Shown here: positions 49,188 through 58,350 of the stretch, one piece after another
Numbering within the stretch: position 1 is the first letter of the stretch
How the letters are laid out: every line of letters begins with the position of its first letter
Origin: Dehalococcoidia bacterium
GTDB taxonomy: Bacteria > Chloroflexota > Dehalococcoidia > Bin125
Length of the DNA stretch: 64,000 nucleotides
NCBI GenBank assembly: GCA_963555985.3
Contig: OY820591.1
Coordinates: 1,504,001-1,568,000, forward strand
Direction: 5' to 3'
Notes under the pieces: model-generated
Seen by the model: the letters and a program-made list of their open reading frames with translations, nothing else
Databases searched by the model: none
Told to the model about the DNA's origin: nothing
Translations under genes and position numbers: made by a program

Positions 49188-49289
49188 GTGGCGGACGCAC
49201 CCCTAAGCCCCTCACAGAAGAGAAATCGAGAACATCAAAATCGCACTGTGCCCCCCGCAACACTCTCCCCGCTCCACCCTACCGCCACA

Positions 49290-49310
49290 GAACTCTCGTT
49301 CATATATAGT
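49290..49310 (+). promoter_or_regulatory. LexA (GAAC-N4-GTTC) box next to a TATAGT -10-like hexamer
   Basis: GAACTCTCGTTC at 49290-49301 followed by ATATATAGT. Confidence 0.5.
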
Positions 49311-49369
49311 CGTCCTCGCCCGATTACCCGCCCCCAACCAATGGAACCCGCCATGACCCTCACAACCCG

Positions 49370-49470
49370 TCTGGACAAAGCAGGACAAACCCAGACGCAC
49401 ACCCCAATTCCGCTCCAAACACTCCCGCAATCCGGACGAATCGGGACAAATCTGGACTTTTCCGGACTAC
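49370..49470 (+). repeat. Degenerate 10-bp-period repeats (TCTGGACAAA), blocks of 3 and 4 units
   Basis: tctggacaaa gcaggacaaa cccagacgca ... tccggacgaa tcgggacaaa tctggacttt tccggactac. Confidence 0.75.
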
Positions 49471-49581
49471 CCCCCACCCAATTTCCCCATCCTCAGCCGC
49501 AAATTCGCCGCCCCGCCCGGAAATTCACACGACATCCCCGACCAACCCATGCCGTACAGACTTCGTCGCTCCGAACAGACC

Positions 49582-50601
49582 CTAATCCGGTCGGTATCGC
49601 TCAAGGAATTCAAGCAGCAGGCGGTTCACGTCCTCAGGGCACTCCTGCTGCACCCAGTGCCCGCAATCCGGCAGGTAGAGAATCTCGAAGGGACCGCTGA
49701 ACAGCCGATCCATCCCCTCCGTCAGCTCCTTGCCGAGCGCCGTATCCCGCTCGCCCCAGATCAGCAACGTCGGCGAAGCGATCTTCGGAAAGACACGCTC
49801 CTCTACCCCGTCGGGGCGGTTCCCCGGCCCGAAGAGGCGCTCCAAGGCAGGATCGAGCGCCGCCAACGTCTTGCGCAGACGAGATTGCGATTCGCGCGCG
49901 CCCGCTCGCACCGCCGCGCGGTAGTAGTTGATCGCCCCGGTCAGCGCCCCGGGCCGCGAGGCCGCCTGCCGATAGCGCTGCAACACCTCTGGCGGGAACG
50001 CCTCCGGATGCGCCGCCGTGTCCCGAAAAATCAGGCCGATCCGCTCGTACTCGTTCACTGCCAACCAGCGCTCCGGGAAACGTGGAATCTGAAAGACGAA
50101 CATGTACCAGGAACGCCCAATCTGTCGGAAATTGGGGCGTCCCCCGAACGCCTCCGCCATCCGCTCAGGATGCGGCGCGTTCAGCACCGCCAACCGCTCC
50201 GTCAGCTCGGGATAGTCCATCCCAAACTGCCACGCCACCGCACCGCCCCAGTCGTGACCAACGATCACGGCCCGCTCGTGCCCATGGTGCGCGATCAGCT
50301 GAGCCACATCCTCCGTCAGCAGCTCGATCGCATAGTCCTCAATCAGCGATGGTTTGTCCGAGAGGTTGTAGCCGCGAAGATCAGGCGCGACCACGTGGTA
50401 ACCGGCCGCGACCAGCGCCGGAATTTGCAAGCGCCATGACCACCAAAACTCCGGGAATCCGTGCAGCAAGACAACCAGTGGAGCTGCTTCAGCCGCTTCG
50501 GGCCGCTGCTCAACGTAGTGCAGCCGCACCCCGCCCGCGCCATCCGCGAAGCCGTGCGACCACAAGCCCGCGGGTTCATCAGCAACCGATGGATCACTCA
50601 T
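49582..50601 (-). CDS. Epoxide hydrolase-like alpha/beta hydrolase
   Basis: HGFPE, GHDWGG, SWY lid tyrosine, NYYR, GHWVQQE; ATG 50601 overlaps the upstream stop. Confidence 0.92.
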   Translation of the reverse strand: MSDPSVADEPAGLWSHGFADGAGGVRLHYVEQRPEAAEAAPLVVLLHGFPEFWWSWRLQIPALVAAGYHVVAPDLRGYNLSDKPSLIEDYAIELLTEDVAQLIAHHGHERAVIVGHDWGGAVAWQFGMDYPELTERLAVLNAPHPERMAEAFGGRPNFRQIGRSWYMFVFQIPRFPERWLAVNEYERIGLIFRDTAAHPEAFPPEVLQRYRQAASRPGALTGAINYYRAAVRAGARESQSRLRKTLAALDPALERLFGPGNRPDGVEERVFPKIASPTLLIWGERDTALGKELTEGMDRLFSGPFEILYLPDCGHWVQQECPEDVNRLLLEFLERYRPD

Positions 50602-51488
50602 ACGCCAGGCTCCGCGCCGCCCGACGACCTGGCTGGCGTAAGGAAGCTCAGCATCGCCGCCGTCACTTCCTCTGGTTTCTCCTGCTGCACCCAATGGCCC
50701 GCACTCTCAATCAGCACCGTACGAAGGTCGTCCACCCGCTCGGCCGCCTCCTCCATGAACGGAACCCGCACAGCCGGATCATCTCTGCCCCAGATGAACT
50801 GAGTCGGGCAGGCGATCCGCTTGTTCCGATCCGGCCAGGTAAGGAACCAGTCCGGCCAGTAGATGTTGCGGTAATACTTCATCGCGCTGGAGAGCGCCCG
50901 CGGCTGCTTCAGCGCCTCCGCGAAGACCGCGATGTCCTCTTCGCTGAAAGCGTCATTGGCGGCGGCAACGCCGGAGAACACCTGGCGCGTCGTCGCCTCG
51001 ATATCGCTCCAACCGCGTCGCTCGGCCAAACCCGGAACCTGCATCACCAGCGCGTACATGTTGTTCGGGTAGTTGCGCCGGCCCCAGTACCAGGAACGAA
51101 TCAAAGGCGCGTTCATCACAATCAAGCGATCGCAAGCCTGCGGATAGTCGATCGGAAATTGGAGCGCGATCACGCCGCCCCAGTCGTGACCGACGACGGT
51201 CGCCGACCGTTCCCCAAGCGCGCGGATCAGACCGCGAACATCCTTGGTCAGGTTCTTGATGTCGTAACCGCCGCGAGGCTTCTCCGAGCGGTTGTAGCCG
51301 CGAAGATCCGGCGCGACAACGCGGAAGCCAGCCTCGGCAAGCGGCGCGATCTGGTATCTCCACGAGTACCAATGCTCGGGAAAGCCGTGCAACAACAGAA
51401 CGAGCGGGCCTTCGCCCTGCTCGACATAGTGCAGACGAACACCGTTCGTCACCGCTTCACCGTGGAGCCAAGTCTCAGGGACGTTCAT
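50598..51488 (-). CDS. Epoxide hydrolase-like alpha/beta hydrolase (tandem paralog)
   Basis: HGFPE, GHDWGG, KYYR, GHWVQQE. Confidence 0.92.
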   Translation of the reverse strand: MNVPETWLHGEAVTNGVRLHYVEQGEGPLVLLLHGFPEHWYSWRYQIAPLAEAGFRVVAPDLRGYNRSEKPRGGYDIKNLTKDVRGLIRALGERSATVVGHDWGGVIALQFPIDYPQACDRLIVMNAPLIRSWYWGRRNYPNNMYALVMQVPGLAERRGWSDIEATTRQVFSGVAAANDAFSEEDIAVFAEALKQPRALSSAMKYYRNIYWPDWFLTWPDRNKRIACPTQFIWGRDDPAVRVPFMEEAAERVDDLRTVLIESAGHWVQQEKPEEVTAAMLSFLTPARSSGGAEPGV

Positions 51489-51559
51489 CGTGTCGCCGCC
51501 GTCCGTCGTCGAATGTCGGCGGCGGGACAGTCGCCGCCGATGACCGTGCGGTGCATCAG

Positions 51560-52879
51560 CTATTCCAGATGTCCAAGCGGATCAACGGGCGTGCCCTGCA
51601 TGATGATCTCGAAATGCAAATGCGCGCCGGACGAATTCCCCGTATTGCCCACCGTCCCGACGAAGTCGCCCGCGTCGAGCCACTGGCCGGTTCGTACCCA
51701 AATCTCAGAGAGGTGAGCGTATCGGGATCGCACCCCGCCGCCGTGATCCACTTCCACCCAGTAACCGTATGAACCGTCCCACCCGGCGAACGAGACCTGC
51801 CCGTAGGCGGTCACACCGACGATCGTCCCAACGGCTGCGCGAAAGTCGACGCCAGTGTGATAGCCCGCCCGATTGTTGCGTGGCGTGCCGAATGGATCAC
51901 TGATCTCGTCGAACGCCAGCGGCCAGCGGAAGCGAGGCATGGTCCACGCCGCCGCCACAGCCACACTCCCGCCGTTGCTCACCTGTGCGACGGGAAGTGA
52001 AGCGGACCCTCCGACGAGCACAAGCGTCTGACCGACCTGAATCTGGTTCGCATTCGAGAGGCGGTTGCCGGGATACGCGACGGTGGCCTCGACATCGGCC
52101 GCGTAGTTCGCCGCCACACTCGAGAGCAGATCGCCCGCTTGCACCGTGTAGATCACCCCGTCCACCGTGGGCAGCCGCAACGTCTCGCCGGCGACGAGCA
52201 GATTCGGGTTGTACAAATCGAAGTTGTTGAAGTGAATCGTCGCTTCGTCCAAGCCGAATTGAGCCGCAATGCTGGCGAGCGTGTCGCCCTCCTCAACCGT
52301 GTACAGGAACATCGCCGGCAGCGGCTCCGCCGCCGCAAGCCCAACGTAGTCGCGGATCCGATCCGTAGGGCCGAATAACCCCGGATCCTCCGTAGCGGCC
52401 GTTTCGCTTGCCGCCGGTTCGACCACTTCGATGGCTGTCGCAACTGCGAGCCCTGCCACAGAGCCAATCTCGGAGTCTGTGCTGGTCGTGCTGACCGGCA
52501 GCTCTGTCCGCGTTCGTTCCGGCGGAGGCACGGTGCGGCCGGTTGCTTGCGAGGCCGCTTCCGAAGCGGACCTGGGCTGCGCTCGATCAGCTGCTTCGGT
52601 AGAGATCGCGCCTTCGCTCACGGTGCCGCTGCTGACTGCTGCTCCATCACTCCCCAACGTCGTCGTCGCAACCGTGACGAACGTGGGCCGCGCAGTATCC
52701 GTCTCCCCGGTGGACGTGACGAACACGGCAGCGACCGCAACGATCGCCGCGAGGAAGAAAATGATCAACGAGAGAAACTCGCCGGCGCGCTCAGTGCGCG
52801 GCGCTGCTCGCTGAACCGGCGCAGGTCCCAGCGCCCATCCGCCGAGCGCACTCACCACAGTCGCCCCCGGCCTTAGCAC
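51560..52879 (-). CDS. Membrane-anchored M23 metallopeptidase with two LysM domains
   Basis: TM segment, two LysM repeats, HTGVD, YAHL, HLHFE; start uncertain. Confidence 0.9.
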   Translation of the reverse strand: MLRPGATVVSALGGWALGPAPVQRAAPRTERAGEFLSLIIFFLAAIVAVAAVFVTSTGETDTARPTFVTVATTTLGSDGAAVSSGTVSEGAISTEAADRAQPRSASEAASQATGRTVPPPERTRTELPVSTTSTDSEIGSVAGLAVATAIEVVEPAASETAATEDPGLFGPTDRIRDYVGLAAAEPLPAMFLYTVEEGDTLASIAAQFGLDEATIHFNNFDLYNPNLLVAGETLRLPTVDGVIYTVQAGDLLSSVAANYAADVEATVAYPGNRLSNANQIQVGQTLVLVGGSASLPVAQVSNGGSVAVAAAWTMPRFRWPLAFDEISDPFGTPRNNRAGYHTGVDFRAAVGTIVGVTAYGQVSFAGWDGSYGYWVEVDHGGGVRSRYAHLSEIWVRTGQWLDAGDFVGTVGNTGNSSGAHLHFEIIMQGTPVDPLGHLE

Positions 52880-53087
52880 AGGGGGCGCTTTCGCTCGACG
52901 CTGGAGAAGTCAAGGCCCCGGAGCACCGTGTCCCTCGGAGGTGTGATTTGACGCCCGCTCAATACAGTTTACCCCAGATCTGATCACAGCCGGCGTGAAT
53001 CTGGTGCTGACCAGGGGAAACCAGACCTTGACCTCGATTCGATCGCTGTGCAAACGCCCCTTGACACGATGTGATACCTTGGTCGCA

Positions 53088-53224
53088 GTTGGGTGGAAGG
53101 AGGTTCCGATGCGCAAGCTGAACATCCACCTCCAATACGGAGTCCTTCAGGTGGACTGTTAAGGCTCCCCTAGGGGAGCCGGACACCCAACCGGATACGC
53201 CCCCGTTCGCGGGGGCGTCATTGT
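53088..53224 (+). promoter_or_regulatory. Structured leader/small RNA containing a 17-aa ORF (53109-53162)
   Basis: AAGGAGG RBS; ORF MRKLNIHLQYGVLQVDC; four stems including a 9-bp stem with a UUCG loop at 53197-53218. Confidence 0.55.
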
Positions 53225-53241
53225 CTCTGAGAGACCTGCCC

Positions 53242-54063
53242 ATGACCGACCACGATTTCCCTCCGGCCCGAACGAACGACGCCGATCCGCAGGCTGACAG
53301 GCGCGAAGCGTCGATCCAACGCGCCGCCGAGATCCTCGCGGGCTCCTCATACTGCATCGCACTGACCGGCGCAGGCATCTCAGCTGAATCCGGCATTCCC
53401 ACATTTCGCGGCAAGGACGGCCTCTGGACCAAGCACGGCGAACCGCCCCTGAACCAGTACGAGCAATTCAGCCGTGATCCGGCCGAATGGTGGACCAACG
53501 TCGCCGAGCGCCGACGCAATCCCGACGAACTGACCGCGACAATCGCCAACGCGCAACCCAACGACGCCCATTACGCCATGGCCGAGTTGGAGCACGTCGG
53601 CGTCATCAAACACATCATCACCCAGAACGTGGATGGACTGCACCGCGCTGCTGGCGCCGAGAGCCTGACCGAGATCCACGGCTGCTCAACCCTCCTGCGC
53701 TGCATCGAATGCAACACCCGCTCGCCATTCGACGAACTGCCGGAGGTCTTCCCGCCGCGCTGCGATCGCTGCGGCGGAATCGTGAAAACCGACACCGTGA
53801 TGTTCGGCGAGCCAATTCCACCCGACTGCCTCGAACGCTGCTACATCGAGTCGGCGCGCGCCGACTGCGTCATCCTGGTCGGCACCACCGCAGTTGTCTC
53901 GCCCGCAGCCGACTTCGCTTTCGCCGTCGGGCAGCGCGGCCATCCGATGATCGAAGTCAATCTCGACCCCACCATCATTACTCAGTACTGCGCCGTCGCC
54001 ATCCACGACAAAGCCGGTGAGATGATGTCTCGCATTGCCGCCGCAGTGAAGGAACTCCGGTGA
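53242..54063 (+). CDS. cobB: NAD-dependent protein deacylase (sirtuin)
   Basis: TGAGISAESGIPTFRG, TQNVDGLH, EIHG, two CxxC, MFGE. Confidence 0.94.
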   Translation: MTDHDFPPARTNDADPQADRREASIQRAAEILAGSSYCIALTGAGISAESGIPTFRGKDGLWTKHGEPPLNQYEQFSRDPAEWWTNVAERRRNPDELTATIANAQPNDAHYAMAELEHVGVIKHIITQNVDGLHRAAGAESLTEIHGCSTLLRCIECNTRSPFDELPEVFPPRCDRCGGIVKTDTVMFGEPIPPDCLERCYIESARADCVILVGTTAVVSPAADFAFAVGQRGHPMIEVNLDPTIITQYCAVAIHDKAGEMMSRIAAAVKELR

Positions 54064-54148
54064 GCCGTCTCCGCGCCCACGGCGTCGAAACGCCCAGCCC
54101 CGACAGCGCGTGCCTGAATATGTCACGTCTCTGCGTATACTCCCATCC

Positions 54149-55474
54149 ATGACTACTTCCACCACTCCGAACTTGGGCATCGACTGGGACGACGTGACGG
54201 CTGAGATCGTCTCTGTCCTACGCGACTACCTGAGAATCGACACGACCAATCCGCCCGGCAACGAGCAGGTCGCGGCCGAATTCCTCGCCAATCTCCTGGA
54301 GAACGAAGGCTACGAAACTGAATACCTCGAATCGGGCCCAGGCCGCGGCTCGATGCGAACCCGGCTCGTCGGCAGTGGCGAGCAACGCCCGCTCATGCTC
54401 CTCAACCACACGGATGTGGTTCCCGCACAGCCCGAATTCTGGGATGTCGACCCATTCGCCGCCGAGCAGCGCGACGGCGAACTCTGGGGCCGAGGCGCGC
54501 TCGACATGAAGGGCATGGGAGTCCTTGAACTCCTGATCATGCTCCTCTTCAAGCGGCTCGGCTTGACGCCCAAGCGCGACATCGTGTTCCTCGCCGTCGC
54601 CGACGAAGAAGCCGGTTCCGCGTTCGGCATGGAGTGGCTCGACCAGCACGCGCGCAGTTGGATCACCGAGCCGGAATTCGCCCTCAACGAGGGCGGCATG
54701 GGCGCGCTCAACTTCCTCGGCTCCAGTCGCCCGGTCTTCGCCTGCTCTCCCGCCGAGAAATCCCCGCTCTGGCTCAAACTCCGCGCCGAGGGACAGCCGG
54801 GACACGGATCGACCCCGCACGGCGACAACGCCGTCGACCGCCTCGTGCGAGCGCTCTACGCAATCCAGCAATGGGAGCGGGCCGTCACCGTCCAGCCGAC
54901 AACATCCGAAGCTCTAGAGCGAATGCGAGCCGCAAACGTCTGGGGAGGATCCGCCCCCAACGTCACCCGGCTCTGCCAAACCTATCCGGCCTTTGCAGCC
55001 GTAACGCGCGACACGATTTCCAACACCGGTGCGACGAGTGGCTTCAAGCACAATGTGATTCCCGCCGATGCCGAAGCTACCCTGGATTGCCGCCTGCTGC
55101 CGGGTGAGTCGCACGACGCATTCATCCGCAAGATGCGCGACGTGATCGACGACGACAAAGTAACCATCGAAGTGGTGTTCGGCTCCGAGTCCCCGTCCTC
55201 GAGTTTCGAGACTGAACTCGTCAGCGTGGTCGAAGACGTGGTTCGCGAGCAGGTCGAGGGCGCACTCGTTGTGCCCTCAACCTGTGTCGGTTTCACAGAT
55301 TCGCGTGTCTTGCGCCGACATGGAGTACACGCCTACGGCTTCGTGCCAACGCTGATGGACGCCTCACTCGCCTCGGGCGTGCACGGACACAATGAGCGCG
55401 TGCCAATCGAGGGGCTGAAGACCGGCATCCAGGTGCTATTCGAGGTCGTGCGGCGCTTTACCGCGGCCGTCTGA
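54149..55474 (+). CDS. M20-family metallopeptidase/deacylase
   Basis: HTDVVP, GRGALDMKG, DEEAG, NEG, HGHNE. Confidence 0.93.
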   Translation: MTTSTTPNLGIDWDDVTAEIVSVLRDYLRIDTTNPPGNEQVAAEFLANLLENEGYETEYLESGPGRGSMRTRLVGSGEQRPLMLLNHTDVVPAQPEFWDVDPFAAEQRDGELWGRGALDMKGMGVLELLIMLLFKRLGLTPKRDIVFLAVADEEAGSAFGMEWLDQHARSWITEPEFALNEGGMGALNFLGSSRPVFACSPAEKSPLWLKLRAEGQPGHGSTPHGDNAVDRLVRALYAIQQWERAVTVQPTTSEALERMRAANVWGGSAPNVTRLCQTYPAFAAVTRDTISNTGATSGFKHNVIPADAEATLDCRLLPGESHDAFIRKMRDVIDDDKVTIEVVFGSESPSSSFETELVSVVEDVVREQVEGALVVPSTCVGFTDSRVLRRHGVHAYGFVPTLMDASLASGVHGHNERVPIEGLKTGIQVLFEVVRRFTAAV

Positions 55475-55487
55475 GAGGAGCGGGGCG

Positions 55488-56300
55488 TTGCGGCATCCAG
55501 CCTTGGACGGACACTGGGCGCTGATTCTCGGAGCGTCAAGCGGTTTCGGTGGAGCCTGCGCAGTCGCATTAGCAGAGGCCGGGATGAACATCGCCGGTGT
55601 GCATCTTGACCGCAGATCGACAATGGCCAACGTCGAACGCATCACCGCCGCGATCGAGAGCCACGGACGTGAGGCCGACTTCCACAACATGAACGCCGCC
55701 GACTCCGAGAAACGCGGCGCGATGCTCGGCAGTCTCCACCAGCGGCTCGAAGGCAACGATGGTCCACAGACCGTGCGCATACTCCTGCATTCTCTCGCCT
55801 TCGGGACTCTGGGTCCCTACATCGGCGAGAAGGCGGATCGCCCCATCACCCAGCGTCAGATGGAGATGACGCTCGATGTAATGGCGAACTCGGTCGTCTA
55901 CTGGACCCAGGACATGGTCTCGCGCGGTCTGCTCGGACAGGGCAGCAAGATCTACGGCATGACCTCCGGCGGCGACCTCCGCGTAATCCCGCAGTACGGG
56001 GCCGTCAGCGCAGCGAAGGCCGCGCTAGCCGCGCACCTTCGGCAACTGGCCGTGGAACTCGCCCCCCACGGCATCGCCGCCAACGCGATCAAAGCCGGCA
56101 TCACCCACACGCCCGCACTCGAGAAGATCCCCGCAGGTATGCAACTCCTCGACTTCGCTCAGAACCACAATCCGTCCGGTCGAGTGACCGAACCGGACGA
56201 CATCGCCAGAGCGATCATCGCCCTCAGCCTCGATGACTCGAACTGGGTGACCGGAAACACGATCAACGTGGACGGCGGCGAAGATATCACGGTGCTGTAG
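55488..56300 (+). CDS. SDR oxidoreductase (FabL/enoyl-ACP reductase-like)
   Basis: GASSGFG, YGAVSAAK (Yx6K), WVTGNTINVDGG. Confidence 0.85.
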   Translation: MRHPALDGHWALILGASSGFGGACAVALAEAGMNIAGVHLDRRSTMANVERITAAIESHGREADFHNMNAADSEKRGAMLGSLHQRLEGNDGPQTVRILLHSLAFGTLGPYIGEKADRPITQRQMEMTLDVMANSVVYWTQDMVSRGLLGQGSKIYGMTSGGDLRVIPQYGAVSAAKAALAAHLRQLAVELAPHGIAANAIKAGITHTPALEKIPAGMQLLDFAQNHNPSGRVTEPDDIARAIIALSLDDSNWVTGNTINVDGGEDITVL

Positions 56301-56461
56301 TCTGGTTGTCATGAATCTAACCAGACCTGAACCAGAGAGCTGACAGAATGTCTAGCGGCAACCAGAAGGAATCAAAGCCCGTAAAGACTGCCCTTCCGAA
56401 GGACCGGAAAGTTCCGCCGCCCGGCCCACCAGTCAAGGTTGAGCGAGGGCTGTAGGCTTTC

Positions 56462-56989
56462 TCAAGGGCAGAAGCACCATGGCCAAGTCGCCACTACCGC
56501 CGCGATTCCAGCAAGAATCAGATTCACAGTCGTCAGTGCCACTGCTCGCCTAAGCCAAGCTGCCTTCTCTGTAAGCGCTGCTTCGTTCTCCTTGAACGAG
56601 GCCCACATTTCGCGAGCTGCCCAAGTGCGCGCAACCACCAGGCTGTTTTCCTCCGAGATGCGATCGAATGCCTCCACGTCGGGGCGCATTTCCCAATTTC
56701 GTAGTCGAAAAGCGAAGAATGCACATACGGCATTTGCGATGAACACCGTCACTATTGTGAAGAGCACCCACCATAGTGCCTGAGTTATCTCGTCGGCGCG
56801 AAGCGTGAAGGCTGCTCCCAAGACAGCGATGAGGGCACCGCTCAGCGTGAATGTTGCAGCAAGTTTTCGATCCAGTGCGTCGATTCGTCCTGTCTGTTCG
56901 TCCAAGTGCCATTGCGCTAAGGCGAGCAGCTCCTCGTCCCCGGTGCGCGCGCCGACCTGTTCAATCTCGATTTCTTGTCCATCGGCCAT
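56462..56989 (-). CDS. Three-TM membrane protein of lower GC
   Basis: LDRKLAATF-TM-TM-loop-NE...KAAWLRRA-TM layout; visibly more AT-rich codons. Confidence 0.7.
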   Translation of the reverse strand: MADGQEIEIEQVGARTGDEELLALAQWHLDEQTGRIDALDRKLAATFTLSGALIAVLGAAFTLRADEITQALWWVLFTIVTVFIANAVCAFFAFRLRNWEMRPDVEAFDRISEENSLVVARTWAAREMWASFKENEAALTEKAAWLRRAVALTTVNLILAGIAAVVATWPWCFCP

Positions 56990-57080
56990 CGCGCTTCCCT
57001 TCTCCCTTCAAAACACATCGAGTCACGATCGTAGCCCCAACCCGCTGCTAAACTGACCCCGCACTTGCGAGGAGCTTCAC

Positions 57081-58271
57081 ATGAGCGACCCAATCAAAGG
57101 ACAAACCGCGATCTGCGGACTCGGCATCACCGAGATGGGCAAGGTCTACGGACACGACGCCTCCTGGTTTGCCGGTGAGGCGATCAAGCTCGCCATCGAG
57201 GACGCCGGACTCCAGAAGGACGACATCGACGGCCTCCTCGTCAACCCGGGCATCACGGGCATGATGGGTACCGGGATCAGCATCCCCCTCCAGGGCTATC
57301 TCGGACTCCGCAACCTGCGCCTGCTCAATCACATGAACTCTTACGGCGCGACTGCCTCGGCGATGATCCAGTACGCCGCCATGGCTGTCCACCACGGCAT
57401 GGCCAACTACGTCGCTTGCGTTTTCTCCGACGCCCCGCTGCAAAAGGGCGGCTCCGCCGGCGCTGCCTATGGCGGTGCCGGGCGCCGCGGGCCAAGCGGC
57501 ATGGCCTCCTTAATGCCAGCCTTCGGCTTCTACGGCGCGAACACCTCCTACGCCCTCGCAGCGCGCCGCTACATGGAGCGCTACGGCATCACGAACAACG
57601 ACCTGGGCCGCGTCTCTGTCACCCAACGCCGCTACGCCGTCGATAATCCCCACGCCACCATGCGCGCTCCGCTGACCTTGGAGGACTACCACAACTCCCG
57701 CTGGATCGTAGAGCCGTTCCACCTGCTCGACTGCTGCCTCGTCTCAAACGGCGCAGTCTGCACGATCGTCACCACCGCCGACCGCGCGCGCGACCTCAAG
57801 TCCAATCCGGCCTACGTCTGGGGCATGGGACAAGGACACCCGGGCAACTTCCCCCACGCCGAAGTCGAGGTCGGCACGACCTCCGGTGCCGTCATCGCCG
57901 GTGAGACCGCCTACAAGATGGCTGGCGTCGGCCCTGAAGACGTCGACGTCTGCGAGTTCTACGACTGCTACACCTACACCGTGCTGCGAACCATCGAGGA
58001 CTACGGACTAACAAAGCCGGGCGAGGCCATCAGCCTCTACCCCGAAGACCCAGCCGCGCCCGAAGCCGACCTCCCCAAGATCAACACCGGTGGCGGGCAG
58101 CTCTCCGCCTACTACATGTGGGGCATGACCCCAATCTCGGAAGGCGTGATCCAGGCGCGCGGCAGCGGCGGCGATCGTCAGATCGAGAAGCACGACGTGG
58201 TGCTCTGCTCCGGCAACGGTGGCACCCTGGACACGCACGGCACGCTGATCCTCTCACCCCACGCCAACTAG
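57081..58271 (+). CDS. Thiolase-like protein (Ltp2/SCP-x type)
   Basis: AICGLGIT, LLDCCLVSNGA, YDCYT, NTGGGQLS. Confidence 0.9.
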   Translation: MSDPIKGQTAICGLGITEMGKVYGHDASWFAGEAIKLAIEDAGLQKDDIDGLLVNPGITGMMGTGISIPLQGYLGLRNLRLLNHMNSYGATASAMIQYAAMAVHHGMANYVACVFSDAPLQKGGSAGAAYGGAGRRGPSGMASLMPAFGFYGANTSYALAARRYMERYGITNNDLGRVSVTQRRYAVDNPHATMRAPLTLEDYHNSRWIVEPFHLLDCCLVSNGAVCTIVTTADRARDLKSNPAYVWGMGQGHPGNFPHAEVEVGTTSGAVIAGETAYKMAGVGPEDVDVCEFYDCYTYTVLRTIEDYGLTKPGEAISLYPEDPAAPEADLPKINTGGGQLSAYYMWGMTPISEGVIQARGSGGDRQIEKHDVVLCSGNGGTLDTHGTLILSPHAN

Positions 58272-58350
58272 CCGACGAGCGCACCCCGACCATCGAGTGC
58301 TGATCGCTGCGAGCCGGCGAAGGCCGCGCGCAGCATTGGAGCAATGCCCT

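Noticed and set aside
49215-49265. GCCCCCCGCAAC resembling a cobalamin riboswitch core
   Set aside because: No GGGAA/GCCACTG/B12-box elements in the right order and no B12-related gene downstream.
52909-53033. Possible c-di-AMP (ydaO) riboswitch upstream of the M23 gene
   Set aside because: Similar words (GGGGAAACCA, TGGGGTAAA) lie on opposite strands and the 3' consensus is missing.
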